Under the pieces are notes generated by a model, which saw only the letters and a program-made list of their open reading frames with translations, made no database searches and was not told the DNA's origin. Below, piece after piece: positions 1 through 13,006 of a stretch of DNA of 64,000 nucleotides. The stretch comes from Owenia fusiformis (taxonomy: Eukaryota), in NCBI GenBank assembly GCA_903813345.2, contig CAIIXF020000001.1, positions 34,286,001 through 34,350,000 of the forward strand, written 5' to 3'. Position numbers and translations under genes: made by a program. The stretch's first letter is position 1; every line of letters starts with the position of its first letter.

Positions 1-960
1 GGGTCTTAGTTTTAAAACGTGGGGGGTCTTAGTTTTATAACAGGGTCTTAGTTTTATAACGTGGGGGGTCTTAGTTTTATAACAGGGTCTTAGTTTTATA
101 ACGTGGGGGGTCTTAGTTTTATAACAGGGTCTTAGTTTTATAACGTGGGGGGTCTTAGTTTTATAACAGGGTCTTAGTTTTATAACGTGGGGGGTCTTAG
201 TTTTATAACAGGGTCTTAGTTTTATAACGTGGGAGGTCTTAGTTTTATAACAGGGTCTTAGTTTTATAACGTGGGGGGTCTTAGTTTTATAACAGGGTCT
301 TAGTTTTATAACGTGGGGGGTCTTAGTTTTATAACAGGGTCTTAGTTTTATAATGTGGGGGGTCTTAGTTTTATAACAGGGTCTTAGTTTTATTACGTGG
401 GGGGTCTTAGTTTTATAACAGGGTCTTAGTTTTATAACGTGGGGGGTCTTAGTTTTATAACAGGGTCTTAGTTTTATAACGTGGGGGGTCTTAGTTTTAT
501 AACAGGGTCTTAGTTTTATAACGTGGGGGGTCTTAGTTTTATAACAGGGTCTTAGTTTTATAACGTGGGGGGTCTTAGTTTTATAACAGGGTCTTAGTTT
601 TATAACGTGGGGGGTCTTAGTTTTATAACAGGGTCTTAGTTTTATAACGTGGGGGGTCTTAGTTTTATAACAGGGTCTTAGTTTTATAACGTGGGGGGTC
701 TTAGTTTTATAACAGGGTCTTAGTTTTATAACGTGGGGGGTCTTAGTTTTATAACAGGGTCTTAGTTTTATAACGTGGGGGTCTTAGTTTTATAACAGGG
801 TCTTAGTTTTATAACGTGGGGGTTCTTAGTTTTATAACAGGGTCTTAGTTTTATAACGTGGGGGGTCTTAGTTTTATAACAGGGTCTTAGTTTTATAACG
901 TGGGGGGTCTTAGTTTTATAACAGGGTCTTAGGTCTTAGGTCTTTGTTTTGTAGACACCC
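1..960. repeat. 42-bp tandem array (two GGGTCTTAGTTTTATAAC sub-units per monomer) ending in a probable DNA-transposon terminus
   Basis: About 22 near-identical copies of gggtcttagttttataacgtggggggtcttagttttataaca. The array decays into ggtcttaggtctttgttttgtagacaccc at 960 and runs off the left edge. Confidence 0.9.
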
Positions 961-1610
961 GATGTTTCAGGTTAGGTTATGAATTTGAAATAAGCTGATG
1001 AGTTTTACATTTTAGATATTGTTTCTGCTTTGAACATGAAATTTAGCATGGAATTACATGAATTAGAATGAAAGGAAGGATGATAAGCTTACCAAAACAA
1101 TGATTTATCCAAATAATATCCTAATTATATCCAATTAATATGATCTAATCCATGAAATGATGATAAAACGCCAGAATCTAGGACTACATGTTGTGCCTGC
1201 AAAATCCCAGCAGAAGAGACAGTTGGTTCGAACTGAGCATGAAACTAAAATTTCACTGACATGAACCTATTAGCTTAAAAGTATTACATGAGAAAACAAA
1301 CTGAGAAATTCTCTGGCTTCTACTAATAGGTGTGAACTGTTAAAACATACAGGGCTTGACAATTAATATATAAGATACAAGATTTGTCTAAATAAAGTGA
1401 GATAATTACAAAATGATTACAAATCTAGCATTTGATTGGAATAAAAGTAACGGCACAAAAATATTATATATTGGTGGGTCGTTACAAACAAAATTAACTT
1501 AAAGGGACCCACCACCATGGTCACATGATCAGTCATGTGGAGGTAAGCTCTCAGTTGAAATAAAAGCACTGTCCTCCTTTGATTTCTGTGAAAAGTAGCT
1601 AATACCCTCA

Positions 1611-1899
1611 CACACTACTATACCCCCATACTGTATCCTGTATTCCTTTAAAAGAAGTACAGGCTACAGGGAAGTTGCAAATGGAGGACGTTTGTTTATT
1701 TCCATAGTTCTGAATGTATACTAGATTTTACACATATATAGGTAGTGTTCTACTATACATTGTATAGATTCATCGAGCAGTTTGCAACGTATTATTACCA
1801 GAAAAGCCTAATGGACAAAGATAGAGAATGCCCGCTCCATTTGCAACTTAACCGTACCCTGTATCATTTTTAAATGTGGTCACGTGGTAGGGTAGTGTG
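1611..1899. mobile_element. Chapaev-like MITE (CAC termini, 4-bp TSD)
   Basis: CTCA|CACACTACTATACC ... GGTAGGGTAGTGTG|CTCA. The same terminus recurs at 63273. Confidence 0.6.
1660..1861. mobile_element. Tc1/mariner-type MITE (TA TSD) nested in the Chapaev-like MITE
   Basis: TA|caggctacagggaagttgcaaatggag ... ctccatttgcaacttaaccgtaccctg|TA. Confidence 0.65.
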
Positions 1900-2020
1900 C
1901 TCATGCATTGGTCAGTTTGTGTGTCACACGACTAATCCATACCATATGCTTCATTCAACATATTTTATGCTATTGAGCTGCATATATAAACAGTACTTTG
2001 CAACTAAGGTCATACAGTAC

Positions 2021-2207
2021 TTGCCCGTAGCCAGCTTTTACCAGGGGGGGGAGCTTTTCTCCAGGGGGGGGGAGCTTTTTCACAATTTTGGCTAAAAATC
2101 ATGCGAAAAACTCTCAGAATGGTGAAAAACTGCATGATTTTGAAAGAATTTCTGGCCAGGGGGGGGGAGCGGAAGCTCCCCCAGCTCCCCCTCTGGCTAC
2201 GGGCCTG
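2021..2207. mobile_element. Short G-run-rich MITE (hAT-like ends)
   Basis: Inverted ends gcccgtagccag ... ctggctacgggcctg with internal GGGGGGAGC repeats. The TSD is degenerate. Confidence 0.55.
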
Positions 2208-2640
2208 CAGTATACTTACCCCTTGCAAATTGTAATTTATTGAATTCACAGTAAACCCATCAATTTTTAAGAAAACAAAGAATATTGTTCTCATGGATCT
2301 ATTATTTATGTTAGACTAACTATGAAAATATAAATATGAAATAATATGTTAGCTTGAAGTCATATATAAGATGAAAATATATGTTCATGCATTTGCATTT
2401 TTCCAAAGGGAATATTCCCATGTAAGTAAATACAGGTGCAATATATAATTTATATGTATATCTATGTCATCTGTCTATACATGCGCGTATAGCCTAGTGT
2501 TACATGTGAACAAGATGGTTCTGGAAAGAAATGAGCGTGTCAGATTTGCTAATAAGCCACATACACCACAAAAGCAAGACCAATTTGAAAGTAAGTTCAT
2601 TATTCTCAAGGGTACACTTCAAGTGAAAGCTACATTGCTA

Positions 2641-2883
2641 CAGGGTGGCCTATCATTCTGAGACAAATGTATTATCCAACGATTGTGATTTTCGAAGCTA
2701 AAATATGATATCTTGAGCAGATGGAAATACATTCCCATGAGATATGTATACATAGTCAAAAGTGATAACTATTTATTGAGTGTAATGAAATGTATCCTTC
2801 GCTAACTGCTTTTGTTTGAGATAATTATCATGAAATATTTTTAAATTAATTTTTATGTGTGTCATTGATCCTAATCCACCCTG
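2641..2883. mobile_element. Tc1/mariner-type MITE
   Basis: TA|CAGGGTGG ... CCACCCTG|TA. Confidence 0.5.
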
Positions 2884-3235
2884 TAGTCTGGTGTTTGTAG
2901 AGCATTGCGACTCGTACAACTTATTCTCACAAATATCAAACCTCATTTACTAATTAATTTTTTGTGTGAATATGAAGAGTCCAAGCATTGCTTTTTTATG
3001 TTTATTGTATAGCCATATTTAGCCTTGATATCCATGATTTTTTAAAACAAAATCTCACCGTTAGATTTCGAGCTATTCATGTTTACTCATTTTTCTAATT
3101 GGAAAACAATGCAAAAGAAAAAAATTGAAATTCTAAGACGGTGAAAAATCATTAAAAAATACACAGATTCAGAATCCAGCAAGCATTTCCCTTATTCCTC
3201 TCCGTTAAGAAGTTTTGTAAGGTGTCGGGTCCCTT

Positions 3236-4689
3236 TAAAACAGGAATCTTATCGACAGAAGGTTTAAGGCAAATGGTCCAAAAGTGGATTTTGCAAGACA
3301 GATGGACAAATCAATGTTAACTAAAATGGCTGAAAATAAAAAAATGGATATAATTTTTTGCTGATTTTTCGTAACAAAATTATTTTATACATCTACTTTT
3401 TACATTGACATGGATTTTTACAATGTAGGACACTTGAAATTATTTGTAAAGCTAGGAAATGAGTCAAAAGTGAATTTCACGAGACAAAAATGGCGGCCAT
3501 TTTGAAAATAGGCGAGCTTTTGAACCAGGAGTCATAGGGGAGTTTTCTGTATTGATGTTGAACAAAAACAACTTAAAACAGGAATCCTATCCACAGAGGT
3601 TTTAAAACTGCCACTGTTGTTGACGGAAAAGTGGATTTCGCGAGTCAGATGGACAAATAAATGTTAACTAAAATGGCTGAAAATAAAAAAATGGATATAA
3701 TTTTTCGCTGATTTTTTGTAACAATATTATTTCATTTATCTACTCTTTACATTGACATGGATTTTTACAATGTAGGACACCTGAAATTATTTGTAAAGCA
3801 AGGAAATGGGTCAAAAGTGAATTTCGCGAGACAAAAATGGCGGCCATTTTAAAAATAGGTGAGTTTTTGAACCAGGAGTCATAGGGGAGTTTTCTGTATT
3901 GATGTTGAACAGAAATAACTTAAAACAGGAATCCTATCGACAGAAGGTTTAAGGCAAATGGTCCAAAAGTGGATTTGCGAGACAGATGGACAAATCAATG
4001 TTAACTAAAATGGCTGAAAATAAAAAAATGGATATAATTTTTTGCTGATTTTTTGTAACAAAATTATTTCATACATCTACTTTTTACATTGACATGGATT
4101 TTTACAATGTAGGACACTTGAAATTATTTGTAAAGCTAGGAAATGAGTCAAAAGTGAATTTCGCGAGACAAAAATGGCGGCCATTTTGAAAATAGGCGAG
4201 CATTTGAACCAGGAGTCATAGGGGAGTTTTCTGTATTGATGTTGAACAGAAACAACTTAAAACAGGAATCCTATCCACAGAGGTTTTAAAACGTGCCACT
4301 GTTGTTGACGGAAAAGTGGATTTCACGAGTCAGATAGACAAACCAATGTTAACTAAAATGGCTGAAAATAAAAAAAATATGGATATAATTTTTCGCTGAT
4401 TTTTTGTAACAAAATTATTTCATATATCTTCTCTTTACATTGACATGGATTTTTACAATGTAGGACACCTGAAATTATTTGTAAAGCTAGGAAATGGGTC
4501 AAAAGTGAATTTAGCGAGACAAAAATGGCGGCCATTTTGAAAATAGGCGAGCTTTTGAACCAGGAGTCATAGGGGAGTTTTCTGTATTGATGATGATGGC
4601 ATCACGGACAGACGGACGGACGGACGGACAGACGGACAGACAAACGGACAAGTGAGTGATTGCAAAAGCTCACCAGGTGAGCTAAAAAA
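3236..4689 (-). mobile_element. Helentron/HINE-like element with four ~340-bp tandem monomers (ABAB)
   Basis: Monomers start near 3236, 3574, 3921 and 4258, followed by a (GACG/GACA)n microsatellite at 4605-4650 and the terminal hairpin AGCTCACC-A-GGTGAGCT plus an A-run. Confidence 0.8.
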
Positions 4690-5273
4690 GCTGAGGTCAG
4701 TTAAGCTATATTGTCCAAGGAAGACATGTCTAGCTTCTCATAGAGATAACTACATATGTTTTAATCGATCGAAATTGTGTTGAGACCATTTGAAGGGCAT
4801 ATATGGTATGAGATACTGGGCATATGGTATGAGATGCTGTATTTTGAGCAATGATGTCTCAAGCAGAGAAAAATTTGGAAATTTTTTATGACGCACACAG
4901 TATACAGATCATGACCATGACAAGCCAAAAATAATCATACAATCATATTTGTATCTTTAATATTTTCACAAATAATCATTGTACCATTATCTGAATTTTT
5001 GTGGACTGAACTGCAATAATAAAGATAATTGAATAAAAAGAAAAATGTTCCAATTTTTATTGGCCCACCCTGTATGTCCGTGAGCGAGCACCTTTCAGGA
5101 CTTTTGTTGTTAGGGGCCACTTCACTGCCTCGGCCGCTGAGTATGGTCGAATCACGTCAACCAACGGGTGGGATTGCTCTCTTGTTCAAGAACAGAAAGA
5201 TGTGCTGAGTATCAGAATGCATATAACAGTATAATCCAGGCTTACTTTCAAGGTGCATTTATCAACTAGAATT

Positions 5274-5944
5274 AGACGAGGCATTAACATGACAAAATGT
5301 CACCACCTAGTTGCTCACAATATTATTAGTTCAAACTAAGTCAGATTTGAATTTCTGAGAACTCTGGAGATGATTTTGAAAAAATGGTCAATTTGAAACA
5401 AGTTGTTTGACCCTGAGAAGATCATTGAAGATGAAATCTTAAGTCAGATTTGAACTTTTGAGAACTTGATGATTTTGAAAAAATGTGTCAATTTGTAGCT
5501 GAAATTTGAAGTTGAAAAAATAACCATGACCTTGAGAAGGTCATTGAAGGTCAAATCTTTTTTTACCTTGAAAATGTCATTGAATGTCAAAACCATATTC
5601 AGATTTGAATTTTTGAGAACTTGTAAATGATTTTGAAAAAAAATTGGTCAATTTGAAGCAAGTTGAAAAAAGACCTTTTTTCAACTTTTGTTTGACCTTG
5701 AAAGGTCATCAAAGGTCAAATCTTAATTCTAGAGTCAGATTTGAACTTCTGAAAACTTGTAGATGATTTTGAAAAAATTTGAAGTCAGTCTAAACAGTAT
5801 TTGTCAAGATATTGGAAGTTGTAAGAAATTGTTAGAGATGCTGATCGCCAACTACCAACCGCGAACCACCAACAGACAACCGTCAATCGCCATCACAAAA
5901 AATGGAGACCATAACAATATGTCACAAGGTGGTGACATAAAAAA
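5274..5944 (-). mobile_element. HINE-like element with ~115-bp degenerate tandem monomers
   Basis: Palindrome TGACAAAATGTCA and subTIR ATGTCACCACC at the left end; GGTGGTGACAT plus an A-run at the right end. Confidence 0.75.
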
Positions 5945-6189
5945 CAGCAACTCCCAGGAGTATGTACATTACAGTAACTATCATACTGCTGAGTTTGATC
6001 CGTTCATTGGTCCCAGTTTGACACTACTGGCACTACTCATCAGCTTAAGCAGAAAAAAAAAATATTCTCTTCCAAATCATTTTTATGAATAAGATTTCCA
6101 AATGTCTCAAACAATGTTGTCAAAATTTTAGTGAATCAGTCCATGAAGTTGAATATGATTGTCTCTGTCAGATTGTATCCTAGCTACAG

Positions 6190-6290
6190 TTAGTGTATGT
6201 TGAATTCGTACATACTGCTAGGGGATGACCTTGCAATAGCTCCTTTCTTTTTACCCCCCTTTCCCTTCTTACGCTTTCTTGAGCCTGTAC
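6190..6290 (-). CDS. ATXN7L3: ATXN7L3/Sgf11 last coding exon ((S)TGSRKRKKGKGGKKKGAIARSSPSSMYEFNIH*)
   Basis: Acceptor ctcttgttccttcttcag. Phase 1 matches the preceding exon. The basic tract and SMYEFNIH* resemble the vertebrate ATXN7L3 C-terminus as I recall it (SRKTKKKK...PSIYDDIN*). Confidence 0.8.
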
Positions 6291-6623
6291 CTGAAGAAGG
6301 AACAAGAGTATTACTATTACATGTAAACATTATTTTACAAGTTATTAGAATATAAATAAGATTACTAAAGGAACTCAGATAACACAAGCTTGGCCATTAA
6401 CGACATCCAGAAATGTGTGCTTAAGACCATGTCATTACAAATTGGACATTATTGGCGCCTATTTCAGAAATTGATATATTTTTTCTTTACATTTTAATGT
6501 TCTCTTATTTTTAAATTCACATGTACAAGAACATTTTTGGGTGTTTTTACGATGACTGCTATGTTTGATCAGCATCATAAACAGTCATAAAACAAAATAA
6601 CAGTGAGTCATTACCACAAGATT

Positions 6624-7372
6624 AACAAGGCATTAACATGACAAAATGTCACCACCAAGTCGCTCACAATATTATTAGTTCAATCTTAAGTCAGAACTTG
6701 TAGATGATTTTAAGAAAAAATGGTCAATTTGAAGCAAGTTGAAAAAATACCTTTTTTGAGCCTGAGAAGGTCATTGAAGGTGAAATCTCAAATCTAAAGT
6801 CAGATTTTAACTTCTGAGAACTTGTAAATGATTTTGAAAAAATTGGTCAATTTGAAGCGAGTTGAAAAAATACATTTTTGATCTTGAAAAGGTCTTTGAA
6901 TGTCAAATATTTTTTTACCTTGAGAATCTCATTGAGGGTCAAATCTTTGGTCAGATTGGAACTTCTGATAACTTGTTGATGATTTTGAAAAACATTTGGT
7001 CAATTTGAAGCAAGTTGAAAAAGACCTTTTTGAACTTTTTTGACCTTGAGAAGGTCACTGAAGGTCAATCTAAAATCTAAAGTCAGATTTGAACTTCTGA
7101 TAACTTGTAGATGACTTTGAAAAAATAGGTCAATTTGAAGCAAGTAAAAAATACCTTTTTGACATTTTTTGACCTTGAGAAGGTCAATGAAGGTCAAATC
7201 TAAAATCTAGTTAGATTTGAACTTCTGACAGCTTGTAGATGATTTTGAAAAAAACTGAAGTCAGTCTAAACAGTATTTGTTAAGTTATTGGAAGATTTAA
7301 GAATTTGTTACACATGCCAACCGCTGATCGCAGCCACAAAAAAATGGAGACCACAACAATATGTCACCACAC
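6624..7372 (-). mobile_element. Second copy of the 5274-5944 HINE-like family
   Basis: Same aacaaggcattaacatgacaaaatgtcaccacc end, same monomers, and same aaaaatggagacc...caatatgtcac tail, truncated. Confidence 0.75.
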
Positions 7373-7831
7373 ATAATGAATCTTAAAACATTGCTTTGAT
7401 ATAGCTTTAAAGATTGAACCGTACAAGTGGAGTCAGAATGGGTGTTTAAGCGTGCATTCAGAGGGATTTTATACTCAGTGGAATGTTTCCAAAGGAGTGG
7501 TATCGATATGGAGAACTTTTTGAACACAAGTTTCTCTTAAACCAGTCATAAAAAAATCTAAAAATTTAAAATATCGTTAATTTGATGGTCATCTTTTGAA
7601 TGGTAACAATATAATTTGAAAAATATATATATACGTTCATCTATATTGTTTTAGAAAACACATCAAACACTTGTTTTGTTCTTAGTATCATGTTTCCAGA
7701 GTGAAATGAAACATCTTTCCGAATCTCACTGGAACAAAACGACATAAACACAACATGTTTAGGTCTCTCAATATTGTAATTGTACAAAGGAAATTTTGGT
7801 TGATTTCAAAAAAGTATCTTGTTAATGAAAT

Positions 7832-8786
7832 ACAAGAACACAAATGTGTACAAAATGTCCCTACCTATGGGTGATCCCGTCAAATGGTTATCTTAAAAAT
7901 GAGTAAACAAGACTTTACCGACACAATTTGAGGACGGAAAATCCAAAATGGCCACCTTAAAATTTACCCAGAATGCCAAAAAATTAGTCAGTTCTAGATT
8001 TTCATACTATACCCCCCTGAAAATTTGAAATTGATCCGTCACACAGTTAACCAGAAAACATGTAAACAAGACTTTACAGACAAGATTTGAGGACAAAATC
8101 CAAAATGGCTGCCTTGACATTTATCCAGAATGCCAAAAAACTAATCTGTTCTAGATTTTAATACTAAGAATCATCCCTGAAAATTTTAAATTGATCTACC
8201 AAACGGTTCACCTGGAAATGCGTAGACAAGACTTTACAAACAAGATTTTAGGACAGAAAAATCCAAAATGGCTGCCTTGACATTTACCCAGAATGCCCAA
8301 AAACTAGTTAGATCTAGATTTTCATACTAAGAATTATCCCTGAAAATTTGAAATTGATCTACCAAACGGTTCACTAAAAAACGCGTAGACAAGACTTTAC
8401 AGGCAAGATTTTAAGACGGAAAATCCAAAATGGCTGCCTTGACATTTATCCAGAATGCCAAAAAACTAGTCAGATCTAGATTTTCATACTGAGAATCATC
8501 CCTGAAAATTTCAAATTGATCTACCAAACGGTTCACCTGGAAATACGTAGACAAGACTTTACAGACAAGATTTTAGGACGGAAAATCCAAAATGGCCACC
8601 TAAACATTTACCCAGAATGCCGAAAAACTAATCAGTTCTAAACTTTCATAGGTAGAAACATCCCTGAGAATTTCAAATGAATCCCTCAAATGCTTTAGCT
8701 GGAAACCTGTAGACAAGATTATTTGGGACGCCCGCCCGTCAAACTGATTACATATACATGTATAGCACCTTAGGGTGCGATAAAAA
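7832..8786 (-). mobile_element. HINE-like element with ~162-bp monomers (chimeric ends)
   Basis: ACAAG start, about 5 monomers, a GCCC microsatellite remnant, and hairpin GCACCTTAGGGTGC plus an A-run. Confidence 0.75.
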
Positions 8787-9518
8787 GAAATGGAACATTT
8801 TAGAGTATGCTGCTCTGGCGTTGTTTTCAATTGAAACTGCTCCGTCACAATGGACAAAAAATTTAAACATTAATTTTTATGAAAAAAATTAAAAAGACTC
8901 TGTACATCCAGATCTTATTAATACCTTCAGATTTATACTGAAAACATATGTAAATATCATTGTGTTACTCTATCGTGCCATTTATCGAAAAAGAAATGGA
9001 ACATTTTAGAGTATGCTGCTCTGGCATCGTTTTCAATAGCTTTTGAATTTTATTGAACTTCAAACACAAGTGAAGGTTGCCTGCAAATGTTATACCCATT
9101 GCATAGAGTAGGTAATCTTCGTTGGTATAACGAAATATAAGAGTTAAAAAATAAATTGTGGAGTTTTCTTAGTGTTTTTATGAAAAATAGCATGCTCCGT
9201 CACAGCAGACAAATTTTTTGAAACCTGCCTGTGTTAAAGCGAGAAAACAAAATTTCAATGAGAATTTAACATGGTGTAAACAAAAATTTAAAATATACAA
9301 ATCTGGGAGAAAGTATGTTTATTGCAGTTGCACATCATATGCATAAAGGTATGGAGTGTACGTACTAAAAGGGACCATTTCAAAGGTATAATTAAAGCTT
9401 TTTACAAGTACTCAACTAGAAAGTCTTAATCACTACTTGAATATGTTTCGAGATTTATGATTACAGGGTCCATTTCCTCAATAAGATAGATCTTTTCTCT
9501 TACCCATCTCTAAGTTAA

Positions 9519-10169
9519 GGTGCTATGGAAGTTAACAGGAAATGACAAAACAGGAAGTGACAATTTTTTTTGCATTTTTAGATGTTTTTTGAATAAAGAT
9601 AACAGAGTTCTGGTTTGACCTCCAGTCAATTTAACTATTTCCACATGTCATTTACATGACCAGGATCACAATGTGCATGGTCAGAATGACCCTAAACATG
9701 ATGAAATAACCTTTTTAGCCCTTTGAAAGTGTGACTGAAAAAAAGCTAAAAGTAGGAGCGTAGGGATAGTCACTGAACAGAATCTTTTGAATTTTTCAGA
9801 AAATGTGCCCAATATAATGCTCTAACTAGTACAATCTTTGAAATTTTAGAAAATTGTCTTAAACAAAAATGGCAGTCATAAAAAGGAAAATAGATCGCTT
9901 TTCAAATCGTTTTTTTCATTTTTTTTCTTTTTCTATGAATGATATCAAATTTTCAAAGATTGTATCATTTAGAGCAATATATTGGGCACATTTTCTGAAA
10001 AATTCAAAAGATTCTGTTCAGTGACCTTCCCTACGCTCCTACTTTTAGCTTTTTTCAGTCACACTTTCAAAGGGCTAAAAAGGTTATTTTATCATGTTTA
10101 GGGTCATTATGACCATGCACATTGTGATCCTGGTCATGTAAATGATATGTGGAAATAGTTAAATTGACT
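9519..10169. mobile_element. Foldback element (TTAA|GGTG end, Kolobok-like) with ~220-bp inverted arms; right end truncated
   Basis: 9624-9847 is the reverse complement of about 9947-10169. The outer arm is also found at 17827-17960 and 18780-18986. Confidence 0.75.
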
Positions 10170-11518
10170 TTGGGTCTGGGATGACCTTCGTTTTTATACG
10201 AGGAAGGCCCTTCATTTAAAATATTGATACCCGAGATAGATGATACTTCCAAAATTTTGTATGAATATACAACTATTGCAATTTTACTGTATAACTAGAT
10301 TCAACAATATTGAAATATTCATGTACTAGGAGTAATCTACACTCAATTTGTATAATCGTGTTTTGTTTAATTGAGTGAATCAGGTCGGGCCATTTTACAA
10401 TTTTAGTTAAGGTCATGGAATTAGGTCATTTGGGCCTTTTCTCCCATGGAAGCTATGACCTAAATATGAGTTGGAAAATGGCCCATGCCATAGACTGTAC
10501 AACTTGATTTGAAAAAATGTTGATATGGGATTACATGATTGCATTGTTTATGAAAACCACAGTGGTCACTCCATGCATAATATGTTGATTTTCATATGAC
10601 ATGACGTGTGTGGTTGAAACAATTTGCTGCGAAATACGATTTTGTAGATAAATATGAAACCCTGGCTTTCAAAATCAAGTTATTTGCTCTTATGTTGAGC
10701 CAATTATTGCATGACTGCATGACTGGGTATAATAATATCACTTGTAATTGAGTGCAGAATCAATCGACCTTAAAATATTTCTGAAAGAATGTAAGTTATA
10801 TAACAGCAAACATGGCCAGTGTTTGGGGATTAAAACCTTTTCACCAGAATGTAATGCTGTAAGGCCAAAATATAATTATTGGGTTAACATTTTCAGTTAT
10901 CGATATACAGTTTCACAAATGCATTTCAATCAATTCCTTGTATATGCAATGAATAATATTGCAGTGCTCTTTCCTCAAGAATTTCTTTTTGTCAAGTTCA
11001 ATCAATCAAAAATATTATTTATGTGGCTATTGGAATGCATGCGAATGTGGAACTAATGTATATTTCTACTTTGGTTCAGCCTTCGTAGTAGTTTGCAACA
11101 TCAACCTTTCGATTTAGCGCCAAAATAACTTGAAACATGGTACTTCATAGTCACGTGACCTCAAAAAGTGTGCAAAAATAACAACATTTCAGAGGTTGAC
11201 AGTCTTATCTTAATAAATTGTGTTGTGTGGGGAAATATCACAAGCTTTGTAGTTAAAACAAGAACAAAATGTGTACAAAAAGTCTCCACCAATGGGTGAT
11301 CCCATCAAATGGTTATCCCGAAAATGAGTAGACAAGACTTTACCGACACAATTTGAGGACGGGAAATCCAAAATGGGCACCCAGAATGCCATAAAATGAG
11401 TGAGTTCTAGATTTTCATACTAAGAAACACCCCTGAAAATTTGAAATTGATCCATCAAACAGTTAACCAGAAAACATGTAAACAAGACTTTACAGACAAG
11501 ATTTTAGGATGGAAAATC

Positions 11519-12456
<938 letters not shown>

Positions 12457-12606
12457 TCAGTTCTAGATTTTCATACTAAGAATCATCCCTGAAAATTTGA
12501 AATTGATCTACCAAACGGTTCACCTGAAAACGTGGAGACAAGAGTTTACTGACAAGATTTTAGAACAGAAAATTCAAAATGGCTGCCTTGACATTTACCC
12601 AGAATG

Positions 12607-13006
12607 CAGGGGGGGAGATTTCCCAAAGATGCCCTATCATATTAGCACATTTGAAAACAAATTCTATTAACAGGCCTCAATTTGCCATTGAAATGGATCT
12701 CCAAATGTTCACTGTAGTTTTATGAGTATTCTCTACAAGTATGGATCCAGTAACTTTAATAGTATTACCGTAGGTTTGAAATGATGATGTTGAACTGATG
12801 TTAACGCCATTCCCAATTCCTTGCGCCATTCCAACGATTTCAAATTTAACTCTGCGCATGCGCAGCACTGAGAGAGCACGTGCTCATGATTGTTCACGTG
12901 ATCGAATCCTGCAATTTGATTGGAGATGATGCAAGAGATGATGTAATGGGGAATCCCCGAATACGATAGAATATGAAAGAATTATGGGAGCTACTCACTC
13001 CTCCTG
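12607..13006. mobile_element. 400-bp MITE with CAGG...CCTG ends and a 9-bp TSD
   Basis: CCCAGAATG is duplicated at 12598-12606 and 13007-13015, and the empty site is visible in neighbouring monomers. The TIR is imperfect, about 37 bp. Confidence 0.8.

Larger units (their letters stand above)
1503..3234. mobile_element. Non-autonomous TTAA-targeting DNA transposon (Kolobok-like) hosting several smaller MITEs
   Basis: Left end TTAA|AGGGACCCACCACC and right end GGTGTCGGGTCCCT|TTAA form an imperfect TIR with purine-purine termini and a TTAA duplication. Confidence 0.6.

Noticed and set aside
1..960. CRISPR-like or telomeric array
   Set aside because: There are no unique spacers, the context is eukaryotic, and the unit is 42 bp rather than TTAGGG.
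5985..6042. Extra ATXN7L3 exon (LMSSASSVKLGPMNGSNSA) using a donor at 6215
   Set aside because: Its phase is incompatible with that donor, and reading through to the stop at 6190 gives the homologous C-terminus.
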